Origin: a virus
Length of the DNA: 64,000 nucleotides
Strand: one strand, 5' to 3'
Virus record (IMG/VR): IMGVR_UViG_3300031977_002889
Below are positions 8,179-18,237 of the stretch, one piece after another. A program made the position numbers and the translations under genes. The notes under the pieces are model-generated. The model searched no databases. It was given only the letters and a program-made list of their open reading frames with translations, and was not told the origin of the DNA. How positions within the stretch are numbered: the first letter of the stretch is position 1; every line of letters begins with the position of its first letter.

Positions 8179-8456
8179 TTTTCTTTCAACCATTTTAAAA
8201 AAGCTTCATCAAATCCTTCTTCATGGACTACATTCTCGTGATTACCCCATTGTCTTTTGAAATAACCAGGAGCAGATTCCATCATAGTATTCTCATCGGA
8301 CAAATGCCCTTTTTGAACCCACATTAATCTAGAAGCTTCTTTTAAATCTTTATATTTGTTCCAAAATTCATTACGATCTTCGGTTGAAGCTTTAATATCT
8401 TCAAATCCTTTATACATCATTATATAAACGTCGTGGTCTAGGGCGTCTTTTACCAT
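8160..8456 (-). CDS. Hypothetical protein
   Basis: Intact ORF in operon. Confidence 0.6.
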   Translation of the reverse strand: MVKDALDHDVYIMMYKGFEDIKASTEDRNEFWNKYKDLKEASRLMWVQKGHLSDENTMMESAPGYFKRQWGNHENVVHEEGFDEAFLKWLKENYLQSR

Positions 8457-8607
8457 AGCCTAACCTTTCCATTATTTTCATACGCTGATAATAATGATAT
8501 GTAGACCATTCAGATATTTCTTTTTTAGTTCTACCGCAACCAACACATATGTCGTCTTTATTTAGTCTACAAACTTGTCGGCATGGACTTACGTACATGT
8601 TTTGCAT
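8410..8607 (-). CDS. DUF1289-type small Cys-rich (Fe-S) protein
   Basis: SPCxxVC...CVGCGRTxxEIxxW. Confidence 0.8.
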   Translation of the reverse strand: MQNMYVSPCRQVCRLNKDDICVGCGRTKKEISEWSTYHYYQRMKIMERLGYGKRRPRPRRLYNDV

Positions 8608-8986
8608 GAATCTTACAGCCTATGAATTCATTGTAATATTCATCACTAAATAATACGTCACGATCAAATTGTTCCTTTGCTTCGTAATATGACATCTCGC
8701 CTTTAGTTTTACAAAGGCGAATAATTTCTCTTTTAAATCGATCTAATCCGTGTTCTTCAACGAGTTGTTGGACTTGTTTATTAGATCCACAATACGTTCT
8801 CCAGTCAGAGTCGACGGTTTGTCTGGATCTGCGTGCTCGTTTCGAATTTTTAGGTAAGATTTTAGATCGAGTGAATAATTTCTTTCCGATGTATTTGCGT
8901 CCATTTGACAAGTCCGTAATGAGGTAGACAAACCCGGCAAAGTCAGTTGGAGTTTCGGTGAATTCTTTTTGTTCATAATACCACAT
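8567..8986 (-). CDS. GIY-YIG domain protein
   Basis: GFVYLITDLSNGRKYIGKK ... YYN; late promoter upstream. Confidence 0.8.
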   Translation of the reverse strand: MWYYEQKEFTETPTDFAGFVYLITDLSNGRKYIGKKLFTRSKILPKNSKRARRSRQTVDSDWRTYCGSNKQVQQLVEEHGLDRFKREIIRLCKTKGEMSYYEAKEQFDRDVLFSDEYYNEFIGCKIHAKHVRKSMPTSL

Positions 8987-8991
8987 ACATT

Positions 8992-8999
8992 TATTTATA
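8992..8999 (-). promoter_or_regulatory. T4-type late promoter
   Basis: TATAAATA just upstream of the start at 8986. Confidence 0.65.
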
Positions 9000-9219
9000 G
9001 AACCGTAATATCAACCATATGACCTACTTGACGAATCATTACTCTTTCACCTTTCGAATTATAATTGTAATAAGTCTCTCGAGTTGGCTCATAGTTGAAA
9101 GGCATATTTTTACTGACACCTTTTAACGATTGTTGGTCGTTAGGAATATTCATCGGCATATTACGACTAACTCCTTCAAGCATTGTTTGATTTATTATAT
9201 TGACTGAATTAATCTCCAT
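8995..9219 (-). CDS. Hypothetical protein with an internal repeat
   Basis: LEGVSRNMP / LKGVSKNMP duplicated motif. Confidence 0.55.
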   Translation of the reverse strand: MEINSVNIINQTMLEGVSRNMPMNIPNDQQSLKGVSKNMPFNYEPTRETYYNYNSKGERVMIRQVGHMVDITVL

Positions 9220-9364
9220 CGTCAGAAACCCATGAATCTACTTCGATTGATCTTTTTTCTATTTCTGCCCGACGACCACATATCGGACAGAAATTTGGTT
9301 TTACATATGTTGCTGCGTAAGAAATTTCTTCGCATTCTTCACATTCAATAATGTAATCTTCCAT
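9209..9364 (-). CDS. Small zinc-ribbon protein (51 aa, not in ORF track)
   Basis: MEDYIIECEECEE...PNFCPICGRR; start overlaps nrdJ stop (TAATG). Confidence 0.7.
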   Translation of the reverse strand: MEDYIIECEECEEISYAATYVKPNFCPICGRRAEIEKRSIEVDSWVSDDGD

Positions 9365-11580
9365 TAGAAGTCGATCTCACATGCACCACCAGCACAAGCT
9401 GCGGCTCCAAGAGTATCAACATCAGTATATTTCTTTTCGGTAATATCAGTAGACCAATCTATTTGTCGCAAATTCTTTTGAATCTTATTCCATTTATGAA
9501 GTAAATAAGAATCTTTTAGACAATGCTCAGCTAACTTAATATCACCTTTACAATAGTTTTCTGCAAAGTTTTCGAACCTTCGAATCCAGTCTGCGCGTGC
9601 AGCATTTTCTGAAGATTCCAAAGAAATATCGAGGCCAAATCCTTGAGCAGTAGCACATGCATCCCATAAATTTGGGAATACTTTTAATGCATCAACTACC
9701 ATGCCCGAAGCGAAGATGGCTGCTGTGTCATATTTTTTGACCATTTCTTTGGCCGTAATGACTGCTGTATTTGGAGCTTGATTAAAATCTTTATCACCTG
9801 ACATTGGAAGGAAAGAGATTCCAGCAAAAGAATGTCGATTTTCGAATACAAATTTTTCTACTTCATCCCAATCATCTACGATGATAGTATTAGATACGTT
9901 ATGACGAATTCCCTTGTCAGCACAAAGTTCTTCATTTGTGCCAGCTACAACCCAATGTTTTTGAGCTTTTTGAACAAGTTTAAGGTGTTCCACACCAAGT
10001 AAAGAATCTTTGAGATAAGATCCTTTGTGCGGGATAATTGGAAACGATACTACAACATCTGTACCACCAGCCGACCATACGGACTCTTCTACCATATATG
10101 GATTTGTTTTTTGAATTGCTTGTGTAATTTCGGATTCTTTGTTCATCTGAACATTACGAATGTACATATTAGAATGCTCAGCATGAATGCCAGAAGCAGT
10201 TTGCAATAAAACCGAAGCGTTGCCCGATGGTTTAACACATGTCGTTCTAGCCGCTGGATTGATTCCGATAATTGCTGCAACTTCTCTGTTTGTTTTTTTG
10301 ACAATCTTAGCGCCCTTCTGTAAGACTTTTTCATCAAATAAAATATCAGGATTATTCATCCATCCAGTAATAGATACTCCAAGCAGGGCTTCTCGATCAA
10401 AAATTTCTTTCGAAGTTTTTGAGAGAAATTTGAAGTCAGTATACCCTGCTTGGAGTGTACCGAGGATAGCAGCCGCGCGGCAGGCCTTGTAGAAGTCTTC
10501 CTCGGTATTGCACATGCCTCCATTGATCTCAGTAAGATTACAACCTTGCCATCCTGATTCACCCTTAATTTGTGGGAACATTCCGATTTCTACACATGGA
10601 TTAGTTGTATGTTCTGTTGATTCAACAAAGACAAAACCTGGCTCACCAAACTGTTTTACTTTATCCATTAAAGTACTAAACTGTTCTGGTGTAGCTTTAT
10701 CCCGTACAATCACTGCAGAGTTATTTGATCTTGCTCTTTGTGGATTATCCATAAACCAATTACCTGTTTTTGCACTCATCATTTCTTCATCATCTGGAGA
10801 AAAAAGACAAATAGTAGCAGAACGACGTACACCACCAGATAACACAGCATCGGCTGCATGCATAGCAATATCGTATACATCAATTGGTTTTAAATTTACG
10901 GGATCTTTTTGGTCAATTACAATACCTTGAAGAAGGTGCTCTACTTTGTCGAGTGAACGACGTAGGCCTTCTGGTCCTGGTGCTTTAAATCCACCTGAGA
11001 TTTTTGCACCTTTTGGACGAATTTGTGATAAGTCGAAGAATACTCTACGACCTTCATAGTCAGGATGTTTACCACCACCGACCATATATGATGACATTAA
11101 TACGTCAAGTGCAGAAGCCCAACCTTCGATTGAGTCATCTACGATATATCCTTTTGCTTGTTTTGTGCGACCTTGAATTTGAGGCAATTTGGCCACATGA
11201 TGTTTTTGTACAGAGAATCCAGCACCAGCACCACATAGTAAAATATAAAATAATTCACCGAAAAATGCTGGACGATCTGCATAAGAAGAGGTACAATTAT
11301 ACATTCGCATTTGGTGTTTTAAGAGTTGCTCTCCACCAAATTGAAGAGATCTTTGAGCTGCTAACACACGTTGTTCTTTATAAGCTTGCTTTGCTTCCTC
11401 GAAATATGGAGCAAGTTCGTTATTCTTTTCGTTATAGTAATTTGAATGCATATCGATTACTCGATCTACTGCTTCATTCCAACTCTCATATCTATCTTCA
11501 CCATCAACGAATCTGGAATAACCTTCATAAAATTTTGTCTCGGAAAGAAACTTCCGAGTGTCAACATGTGCTGTTGCCAT
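9364..11580 (-). CDS. nrdJ: Class II (adenosylcobalamin-dependent, monomeric RTPR-type) ribonucleotide reductase
   Basis: YNCT, GGVRRSATICL, SNNS, TNPCVEI finger loop, TCVKPSG, C-terminal ACAGGACEIDF. Confidence 0.93.
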   Translation of the reverse strand: MATAHVDTRKFLSETKFYEGYSRFVDGEDRYESWNEAVDRVIDMHSNYYNEKNNELAPYFEEAKQAYKEQRVLAAQRSLQFGGEQLLKHQMRMYNCTSSYADRPAFFGELFYILLCGAGAGFSVQKHHVAKLPQIQGRTKQAKGYIVDDSIEGWASALDVLMSSYMVGGGKHPDYEGRRVFFDLSQIRPKGAKISGGFKAPGPEGLRRSLDKVEHLLQGIVIDQKDPVNLKPIDVYDIAMHAADAVLSGGVRRSATICLFSPDDEEMMSAKTGNWFMDNPQRARSNNSAVIVRDKATPEQFSTLMDKVKQFGEPGFVFVESTEHTTNPCVEIGMFPQIKGESGWQGCNLTEINGGMCNTEEDFYKACRAAAILGTLQAGYTDFKFLSKTSKEIFDREALLGVSITGWMNNPDILFDEKVLQKGAKIVKKTNREVAAIIGINPAARTTCVKPSGNASVLLQTASGIHAEHSNMYIRNVQMNKESEITQAIQKTNPYMVEESVWSAGGTDVVVSFPIIPHKGSYLKDSLLGVEHLKLVQKAQKHWVVAGTNEELCADKGIRHNVSNTIIVDDWDEVEKFVFENRHSFAGISFLPMSGDKDFNQAPNTAVITAKEMVKKYDTAAIFASGMVVDALKVFPNLWDACATAQGFGLDISLESSENAARADWIRRFENFAENYCKGDIKLAEHCLKDSYLLHKWNKIQKNLRQIDWSTDITEKKYTDVDTLGAAACAGGACEIDF

Positions 11581-11624
11581 ATTAATACCTCTTGTATGTA
11601 ACTGATTATTTTGGAATACTTGTA

Positions 11625-11657
11625 GTATTATATATCATTTTTTCGGTTTTGTAAACC
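11625..11657 (-). promoter_or_regulatory. Early/middle promoter for nrdJ
   Basis: GTTTACA-N-TGATATATAAT. Confidence 0.6.
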
Positions 11658-11670
11658 GTTCTGGGAGCTA

Positions 11671-11883
11671 TTATGGAAAATATTTTTTCAACATATCAAT
11701 TTTATCTTGAGCTGCTGCAATCTTTTCTAACTCACCGTCAACTGCTTCAAGAATATCGGCATGCTCACCAATACCTACACTTTGTTCCATATAAATTTTT
11801 ACATTAGCTTCAGCTAATCCAATGATACCTTCGTAATGTTTTACAAGGCCTTCTTTAATTATCTGTGCTGTCTTGAATGACAT
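11671..11883 (-). CDS. Conserved hypothetical protein
   Basis: VGIGEHADI motif. Confidence 0.65.
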   Translation of the reverse strand: MSFKTAQIIKEGLVKHYEGIIGLAEANVKIYMEQSVGIGEHADILEAVDGELEKIAAAQDKIDMLKKYFP

Positions 11884-12241
11884 CATCATCTCCATCAATT
11901 GCTGTTTCATAATAGACTATAATAGCCTGTTGTTGTTCAATATATCTTCTTAGCTCTGCTAAGTTCAATGACAAGTTTTCATAGTCACGAACAGATATAG
12001 CATAAAATACTAATTCACTGCCATTTGACTTTTTAAACTTTTCGATAAATTCGTCTATATTTTCTGCTGTTACTACATGAAAATATGGTGAAGTTAATTT
12101 TAATCCTTTTGGTCTTTCGACAATTGGAATATTTTTTTCTATAATTTCTGGAACCGTAATAATTGTCGGTTCAGGAGCTTTTGTACAACTACTGAGAAGT
12201 AATAGACTCAAGCTCACTAATAATATCTTTTGTACCATCAT
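11855..12241 (-). CDS. Lipoprotein, probable o-spanin
   Basis: Signal peptide with lipobox LLSSC, Pro-rich linker; overlaps the upstream TM/coiled-coil gene. Confidence 0.6.
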   Translation of the reverse strand: MMVQKILLVSLSLLLLSSCTKAPEPTIITVPEIIEKNIPIVERPKGLKLTSPYFHVVTAENIDEFIEKFKKSNGSELVFYAISVRDYENLSLNLAELRRYIEQQQAIIVYYETAIDGDDDVIQDSTDN

Positions 12242-12566
12242 TTACTCTCTTTTCAATCATTCCAGGTTTTTTTAAACTTAACCTTGTGAGATCGTGCTCT
12301 TGCAATTTCGTTCTTAGCTCATCTGTATAATCAGTTGCTGATTGTAAGTCTAAAGCTAATTGACTATTAATTGCTTCTAATTCTTCTTGAGTTGATTCTA
12401 AGGCATCAATCATTGCATCTTTTGCTTTTGCTGCAGTCTCAAGTTTTGCATTATTTTCGTGTAATACTGCTAATCTTTCTTGAGTATCATTGTAATAGTA
12501 ATAGGCTCCATAAGCAGCAGAAGCCATAAAGAGTAAGATACCAAATGCAATATAAAGTCTAACCAT
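12189..12566 (-). CDS. Probable i-spanin
   Basis: N-terminal TM followed by a long coiled coil, KKPGMIEKRVN. Confidence 0.6.
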   Translation of the reverse strand: MVRLYIAFGILLFMASAAYGAYYYYNDTQERLAVLHENNAKLETAAKAKDAMIDALESTQEELEAINSQLALDLQSATDYTDELRTKLQEHDLTRLSLKKPGMIEKRVNDGTKDIISELESITSQ

Positions 12567-12807
12567 TATCTTCCATATATTTTCTGAATCTCTTCAGTAA
12601 AATCATTTCCTTTTTACGACGTCTATCAGTCACAGTTTGTGTTTTATATCGAGGTCCCATTGCTGTGGCTTTAGGATCTGGAATGGCACTAGTATTCATA
12701 GTAGGTGCATCTTCAACTTTCAAAGTTTTAGGATAATTTTTATCACCAGGTTTTAACTTAGGTTTACCTGCTGCTCTTCTTTTTCTTATATTGTCCCATA
12801 AACTCAT
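12559..12807 (-). CDS. Small basic protein, probably head-associated
   Basis: SLWDNIRKRRAAGK motif. Confidence 0.55.
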   Translation of the reverse strand: MSLWDNIRKRRAAGKPKLKPGDKNYPKTLKVEDAPTMNTSAIPDPKATAMGPRYKTQTVTDRRRKKEMILLKRFRKYMEDNG

Positions 12808-13391
12808 CGAATTAACTCGCTTGCTGATAAGTAAATTTTTTGATTTGTTCTTATGTGTTTTGCTTCGTATATATCTATACCAAATACTGTACCCACTGGA
12901 TAACTATTTTCTTCAATTCGTACTTGATCTCGTGGATTTACCATTTCTTCATAAGAGCTATTAAGTATCTTATGATTCTGAACTCTATAAACTCCTGGCG
13001 CCAATTGTTTATCTTCAAGTACAAACCATTCAGTATTTTCTTTAAGGAAATCAGTAACATCAATGTCATGTTCTTTTAAAATACTTTCTAACTTTTTTTC
13101 GGAGATTTCGCATTTTTCTTTAAGTAAGTAGAGCGCGGCCGCAAAAGATCCAAGTTTTGTTCCACCTCCGGGGATTTTTGATATGAGCCTCTTAATGTTA
13201 GCGCAGAGGCGAATGAAAGGAGTCCAACTAGCAATATCTTCGGGACTTTCAACTTTTTTAGATTTAATGCGCTGACCATCTTTATCGATGATACCTTGTT
13301 TATAAGCATCCCAATTTTCCCACTTCATAACAAGCATACGAACAAATCGAAACGCATAGGTCAAATCTGCGGCTGACTTCACTATTCCCAT
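12804..13391 (-). CDS. Conserved hypothetical protein
   Basis: WDAYKQGIIDKDG motif; operonic. Confidence 0.7.
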   Translation of the reverse strand: MGIVKSAADLTYAFRFVRMLVMKWENWDAYKQGIIDKDGQRIKSKKVESPEDIASWTPFIRLCANIKRLISKIPGGGTKLGSFAAALYLLKEKCEISEKKLESILKEHDIDVTDFLKENTEWFVLEDKQLAPGVYRVQNHKILNSSYEEMVNPRDQVRIEENSYPVGTVFGIDIYEAKHIRTNQKIYLSASELIR

Positions 13392-13759
13392 TAGATTTTC
13401 CTTAATGCCTCTATTACGGTTTTATCTTGTTCGAAGCCAATTATTTGATCATTTGTAATATAATTTAAAAATATTAAAAATGGTTTTATAACTGGCCAAT
13501 GTTTTTCATTTAATTTTAATTCTAATATTTCAAGTGCTGCTTCCATTCCAAATGAATTGAATACAACAATTAAGTGATTCATAATCAATCTTTCAGATAA
13601 CTCACCTGTTTCGAGATAGCGATTCACCAATCTCTTAATATAAGTGTATCTTTTAAGATCATCATAAAAGTCCTCTATGTCAGAAAACTGAGGATTACTA
13701 TAATGTTTTGCGGCGTAGAGAAAAAGATTTTCTTCAGTGAGTTTTTCAAATATCAGCAT
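13391..13759 (-). CDS. Conserved hypothetical protein of T4-like phages
   Basis: LYAAKHYSNPQ..FYDDLKR..ERLIMNH. Confidence 0.75.
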   Translation of the reverse strand: MLIFEKLTEENLFLYAAKHYSNPQFSDIEDFYDDLKRYTYIKRLVNRYLETGELSERLIMNHLIVVFNSFGMEAALEILELKLNEKHWPVIKPFLIFLNYITNDQIIGFEQDKTVIEALRKI

Positions 13760-13777
13760 AATGTTATTTATTATAAT

Positions 13778-14104
13778 TTAGTTAATAACTGATTTCAGCC
13801 TTTCAATCAATGTTGCTTTCTTTTCTCTACGATCAAGTTCAATACCATGCTCTCTTCCAACTTCTTCAAGCTCAAGCTTTGTCATATCAAAGAGATCAAC
13901 ATCCTCATCTACCTCGATTGGTTCCATTGGCTCAGGAGCTGGAGGTGGTGGAGGTGGAGGTGGAGCAATTGCTACTCCAAGATACTCATCAATTTGAGAT
14001 TGTGTATGTCTACGAGCTACAAGTAGTTCGCCTGTACGAGGATGTTCCCAACCACGAACTGTTGGAATAGCATCTTTTTGATGATTAGGAGGATTAATTG
14101 CCAC
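13778..14104 (-). CDS. Protein with polyproline linker and C-terminal HeH/Rho-N-like domain
   Basis: APPPPPPPPAP; MTKLELEEVGREHGIELDRREKKATLI. Confidence 0.7.
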   Translation of the reverse strand: MAINPPNHQKDAIPTVRGWEHPRTGELLVARRHTQSQIDEYLGVAIAPPPPPPPPAPEPMEPIEVDEDVDLFDMTKLELEEVGREHGIELDRREKKATLIERLKSVIN

Positions 14105-15305
14105 TCTTCATCTCCTTATAAGCTGCTGCAACTCGATTGATGATTTGTTTATCACCAACTTTTGCGTCATTTGGACGTTTTGCTGCATTTGGTCCAGCGC
14201 GACCAGCTTTAGATGCATCATCATGTCCAAGCTCTTCTACGTCTTTACCGTTGATGCCGACTTCTGGATTTCCATCAGCCTTCATATCTTGTTTCATTTT
14301 CTTGCCACCAGGAGAGTCATACTGTCCATGTGGTTCAGAAGGTGTAGCACCTTTCATATGGGCATCTGCTTTTTCCCAAATAGACATAAGACGCTGGCGG
14401 ATTGAAGTGGATTCTTTTTGTTCCATTTCATTTCCTTTCGATTTGCCGTTATCCAATTTTGGATTTACATTACCAGTTTCTTGTTTTTCTTTTTTCTTAC
14501 GAAGACCTTTAAAGTCATTTGCAGTAATCTTACCATCTTTGTCATGGTCGAGTTTGTGCTGTGCACCTTTTAACTCTTCTTTTTCTACTGCTTCGTTTTT
14601 CTTTTCTTTATCCCAAGGTGCCTTCGGTAAAGTTACTTGATCTTTAGGCTTGGCTGTACGAGCCGCCTTGGCCAATCCTTTCTGAATGTCCTTTTGGGAC
14701 AATGTTTTTTCTTCCATACTTGTTTCCTCATTTTGAAGTTTGGCCAGTCTTTCTTTAGCATGCTTCAATGCTTTAGCATGCGCTTGTTGTGAATTCATAT
14801 GCTTCACTGCATCGCCACGATTATCTGCTTCTTTGCCCATTTGTTGATGATGGTCATGAGCTTTTTGATGGCGAGCAATCACATCTTTTAAATTATCAAT
14901 GTGTTTTTGATTATCTTCGTTCGTTGGAGCTTTATAATCGGGTTTTTGCCTTTCAGGATATTTTTTTCCAGTTTTTGGATCTACTTCATCCTTATGACCT
15001 GATGGTACGTAATAGCTTACGCCAGTTGGTCCGTATGCTTTACCTTCTTCAACAGCTTCTTTTGCTGGTACTTTTGCTTTACCAGTTAATTTATCAACAG
15101 CCATTTTTGTGCCGTGTTGACGTTTTAAAAATTGGTTAATTCCAGATTTACGTTGTTTTTCGTAATCTTTTTTAACATCAGGTGATGCGCCTGCTTGACC
15201 CATACCACCTCTTCCAGTTTTATCTCCTGCATCTGCAGCGGATGCTGGCACTTTTTTCAAATATCTACCAGCCAATCCCTTTGAAATTTCGCTAAATCTT
15301 TTCAT
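14094..15305 (-). CDS. Probable internal head protein, low-complexity, with EF-hand-like loop
   Basis: N-terminal MKRFSEI; DHDKDGKITANDF; repeated xEE/NE segments. Confidence 0.6.
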   Translation of the reverse strand: MKRFSEISKGLAGRYLKKVPASAADAGDKTGRGGMGQAGASPDVKKDYEKQRKSGINQFLKRQHGTKMAVDKLTGKAKVPAKEAVEEGKAYGPTGVSYYVPSGHKDEVDPKTGKKYPERQKPDYKAPTNEDNQKHIDNLKDVIARHQKAHDHHQQMGKEADNRGDAVKHMNSQQAHAKALKHAKERLAKLQNEETSMEEKTLSQKDIQKGLAKAARTAKPKDQVTLPKAPWDKEKKNEAVEKEELKGAQHKLDHDKDGKITANDFKGLRKKKEKQETGNVNPKLDNGKSKGNEMEQKESTSIRQRLMSIWEKADAHMKGATPSEPHGQYDSPGGKKMKQDMKADGNPEVGINGKDVEELGHDDASKAGRAGPNAAKRPNDAKVGDKQIINRVAAAYKEMKSGN

Positions 15306-15317
15306 TTGTTTTTCCTT

Positions 15318-15599
15318 TTACATGTAGATATTAGTGCCAACTGCACCGGCTGCAGCAACAACTGCAACCCAAAATAATTTATTTAATACTGTCACTGTTC
15401 TATGATTATCTAATACAATTCTTTCTATCTCATCAATTTTACCAGATAATCTATTTATCCTTTCAAATTGATTATTATGGTGCTCTTGTAAAGTACCAAT
15501 CTTTTCTTCAGCGCGAGCCAATGCCACCATTGCATCAGTAAGCTGATCGAGTTTATCCTCGATTCTTTCTAGTCGAGTTTCTGTGGTTTGAGAAGGCAT
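15318..15599 (-). CDS. Coiled-coil protein with C-terminal TM (XhlA-like)
   Basis: RLERIEDKLDQL...LFWVAVVAAAGAV. Confidence 0.6.
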   Translation of the reverse strand: MPSQTTETRLERIEDKLDQLTDAMVALARAEEKIGTLQEHHNNQFERINRLSGKIDEIERIVLDNHRTVTVLNKLFWVAVVAAAGAVGTNIYM

Positions 15600-15619
15600 T
15601 TGCTCTAATCCTTGTTTCA

Positions 15620-15964
15620 TTAGTTATCTACTTTCGCTCCAGCTCTCCATTGATAACAAGACCAATATCGTGCTTTCCATTTTGGTCCTGGATTCTCACA
15701 GTTATGACGCGCTCTAAATGATTTACGTCTTGCTGGATCATCTCTTTTAATTTCCATATTAGGATCACCAAAAGATACCTTTACGACATTACCTTTATCG
15801 TTTTTAACATAAACATAAAATTTCTTACTACCACCACGAGTTGGGTTATTCAATGTAACCTTTTTACCCTGATACTCGGCTTCTGTGATTTCTAAATCTT
15901 CATATAAATCACATGCTTCACAGTAATCGTCAATCTCTTCTGCTCTATATTCTTTAAATTTCAT
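15620..15964 (-). CDS. Conserved phage protein, probably head-associated
   Basis: MKFKEY start; EAEYQGKKVTLN, VKVSFGD, RRKSFRARHNC, ARYWSC. Confidence 0.7.
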   Translation of the reverse strand: MKFKEYRAEEIDDYCEACDLYEDLEITEAEYQGKKVTLNNPTRGGSKKFYVYVKNDKGNVVKVSFGDPNMEIKRDDPARRKSFRARHNCENPGPKWKARYWSCYQWRAGAKVDN

Positions 15965-15965
15965 C

Positions 15966-16808
15966 TTACTGCCCCGGCGTTTTCTTTCTAGCTCTGATAG
16001 TTGAAAGGTCTGTACCCCATTCTGGTTGATTATCATACCATTGATCTGTACGTTCATCAATCTCACCATCACCATCATCATCTCGTCCTTGAGCTTTTAG
16101 ACGAAATGTTCTTTTTACTACAGCATCAGTTACACGCTTCACGTCTCGAATCATCGATGGCTGTTTTACGATCTTACGAAGTTCTTGCTTTAATGCACCT
16201 GGTCCAGCAGCTTGCATAAACATTGCTGGCAATCCTTCGATATCAACCCTAAATGTCATTTCTTCATTAAGATCTACAGATTCGTTTGCTTTACGAAACT
16301 TACGTACAGCATTACGATCTGCCATACCCAAACCTTTTACACGCTTCGCTCGAGTTTTAAGATCTGCTGAATGATCAGTTTTTCTTAAAATATTTGCAAC
16401 TGCAGAATTTGTGGCACGATCTTTACTATATTTTGCTTTGTCTTTATATGACTGCATTGCCTTTGGTGTATCAAGAACTTCATCTACACCTTCTTTTGTT
16501 TTGTATGGTCCTTTTGTTACACGATTCCGTTTTGGTCCCATATGTAACCAACCTGCATCAACATGTTTTTTCACATCTTTCTTATCAACTTTTTTCGAGA
16601 CGCGAGTAATAGGATGCATAATAGTAGCTTTAGTACCAACTTTTGACATATCGATTGCTTCATCAACCGATTCGTTTTTCGCTTTCATATAAGCAGCAAT
16701 CGCCATATCTCGGCGTTCTTTTGCGTCTTTACCTTTAAATTGTGGGGCATCTGACTTTTTAAAGTCATCAATCCATGCACCCATACCGTCTGATACTTTT
16801 AATGGCAT
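15966..16808 (-). CDS. Probable internal head protein (modular)
   Basis: Basic modules separated by ESVDE/EGVDE/ESVDLNEE acidic sites. Confidence 0.6.
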   Translation of the reverse strand: MPLKVSDGMGAWIDDFKKSDAPQFKGKDAKERRDMAIAAYMKAKNESVDEAIDMSKVGTKATIMHPITRVSKKVDKKDVKKHVDAGWLHMGPKRNRVTKGPYKTKEGVDEVLDTPKAMQSYKDKAKYSKDRATNSAVANILRKTDHSADLKTRAKRVKGLGMADRNAVRKFRKANESVDLNEEMTFRVDIEGLPAMFMQAAGPGALKQELRKIVKQPSMIRDVKRVTDAVVKRTFRLKAQGRDDDGDGEIDERTDQWYDNQPEWGTDLSTIRARKKTPGQ

Positions 16809-17053
16809 TATGCTTTCCCCGCTAAATCTTTATCGGCACCGCCATAGGTACCTTTTCCTTTTGTAGCAAACGCATTGACTCTTGCCATTCCCCATTGTTG
16901 AGGAGTGGTTCCTGGTCGGTGACCAGTTCTCCAAGCGGCAACACCTCTATTATATACTTTACGCAAAGTACTGAGTTTCATACCAGATTTCTCTGCTTTT
17001 TTCTTTAATGCTGCAGTTGCATCTTCTGCAATATACGCTTTAAATTTCATCAT
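16808..17053 (-). CDS. Small conserved phage protein
   Basis: MKFKAYIAE start; VYNRGVAAWRTGHRPGTTPQQWGMARVNAF. Confidence 0.7.
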   Translation of the reverse strand: MMKFKAYIAEDATAALKKKAEKSGMKLSTLRKVYNRGVAAWRTGHRPGTTPQQWGMARVNAFATKGKGTYGGADKDLAGKA

Positions 17054-18237
17054 GGATTTGCTGTCCTATTTACTTTTTTAACATCTCGCATTCTTGCTCG
17101 ATCCATCATGCGATCATGTCTTTTCGCATCTGATTCTTTCTCGCGATCAATTCTTTTCTTAGCAATGTCAACCTGAGTATCTTGCTCGCCATACATCTGC
17201 TTGAATCTTTTTGTGTGTTTCGAAGGTTTTGTCTTAGCTCTTGCATCTCCAGGCGCCGGCTTATATGCTGCTGGGTTGTTATCATCCATCGATGCTCCTT
17301 TTTTGAAATGAGCCTTTCGTGCAGTAGAAGTTGACTTTGACAAACCTTTATAATATGCTGCGCCTTCAGAAAGACCTTCTTTTGCCACAGAAAATGAAGC
17401 CACAGGAATTTCTTCTTTGAGGTGTTCAATATCTGTTAACCATTTGCGGTATGTATTGCCACTACCTTCGATGATAACGTAGTTGGCTCCGAGTCTTTTA
17501 ATTTCTGAGATTTCTCCAGTATCTTTGTTGATGACTGTATCTCCGATATTGTAGAGCATGCCATTAACATAGTTTTCTCTAATTTCTGATACGGGCTCAA
17601 GTTGAACATGTCTTTTAAATTCATTTTCTTCTTTCAATCCCATGCCTTTACGGACATCATTAAATAAACGTCTAGCATCCGGATTTGACATTGCTTTTGG
17701 AAGATTTTGCGCGAAAGATGTAAAGTTATTATTTGCAGCAAATTCTCGCTGTTTAGTTCCTGATGCACCTTTTGCACCCTTAGCATCTGGATCACGTTGA
17801 CCAGCTGATACTACATTTATTTTTTGAAAGTTATAGAGTCCGTGTTTGCCTTTTTTGCCATTATACTTATTTAGTAATATATCAAACTCACGAACTCTAT
17901 CTGAACCTACCACCATTACAACATTTTTAAATCCTTCGTTATATAACGATGTTGCAGCATCAAATAAATTTCTAATCTTTTTATTAAGCATAATCATACG
18001 AGCATGCTTTGGAAACATCTTTCTCACATGTTTAATTTTATTTGTATATGGCAACGGATTTTCTTTAGGGTCCTCAGACTGTGATAAGAAAACTCTATAT
18101 GGATTTTTTGCGGCTTTAATCGCAATTGTATTTAATAACTTCTCATGACCAATCGTAGGAGGATTCATGCGGCCAAAAGTAAAATAGACCGTTTTTTCCT
18201 CTTCGACTAAAAAGTTCTTGAATGAACTAAAACTCAA
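17050..18237 (-). CDS. HxGH nucleotidyltransferase (cytidylyltransferase/NMNAT-like) with C-terminal extension
   Basis: FGRMNPPTIGHEKL, NPLPY, VVGSDR, ASGTKQR. Confidence 0.8.
   Translation of the reverse strand: MSFSSFKNFLVEEEKTVYFTFGRMNPPTIGHEKLLNTIAIKAAKNPYRVFLSQSEDPKENPLPYTNKIKHVRKMFPKHARMIMLNKKIRNLFDAATSLYNEGFKNVVMVVGSDRVREFDILLNKYNGKKGKHGLYNFQKINVVSAGQRDPDAKGAKGASGTKQREFAANNNFTSFAQNLPKAMSNPDARRLFNDVRKGMGLKEENEFKRHVQLEPVSEIRENYVNGMLYNIGDTVINKDTGEISEIKRLGANYVIIEGSGNTYRKWLTDIEHLKEEIPVASFSVAKEGLSEGAAYYKGLSKSTSTARKAHFKKGASMDDNNPAAYKPAPGDARAKTKPSKHTKRFKQMYGEQDTQVDIAKKRIDREKESDAKRHDRMMDRARMRDVKKVNRTANP

Noticed and set aside
8567-8986. Mobile homing endonuclease
   Set aside because: Catalytic domain only, no DNA-binding extension and no intron context
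10027-11585. Several long plus-strand ORFs opposite nrdJ (and similar ones opposite other genes)
   Set aside because: Antisense shadows without RBS or protein-like composition
13937-13965. GGAGGT/GGT repeat as a DNA element
   Set aside because: Explained by the polyproline linker of the minus-strand ORF
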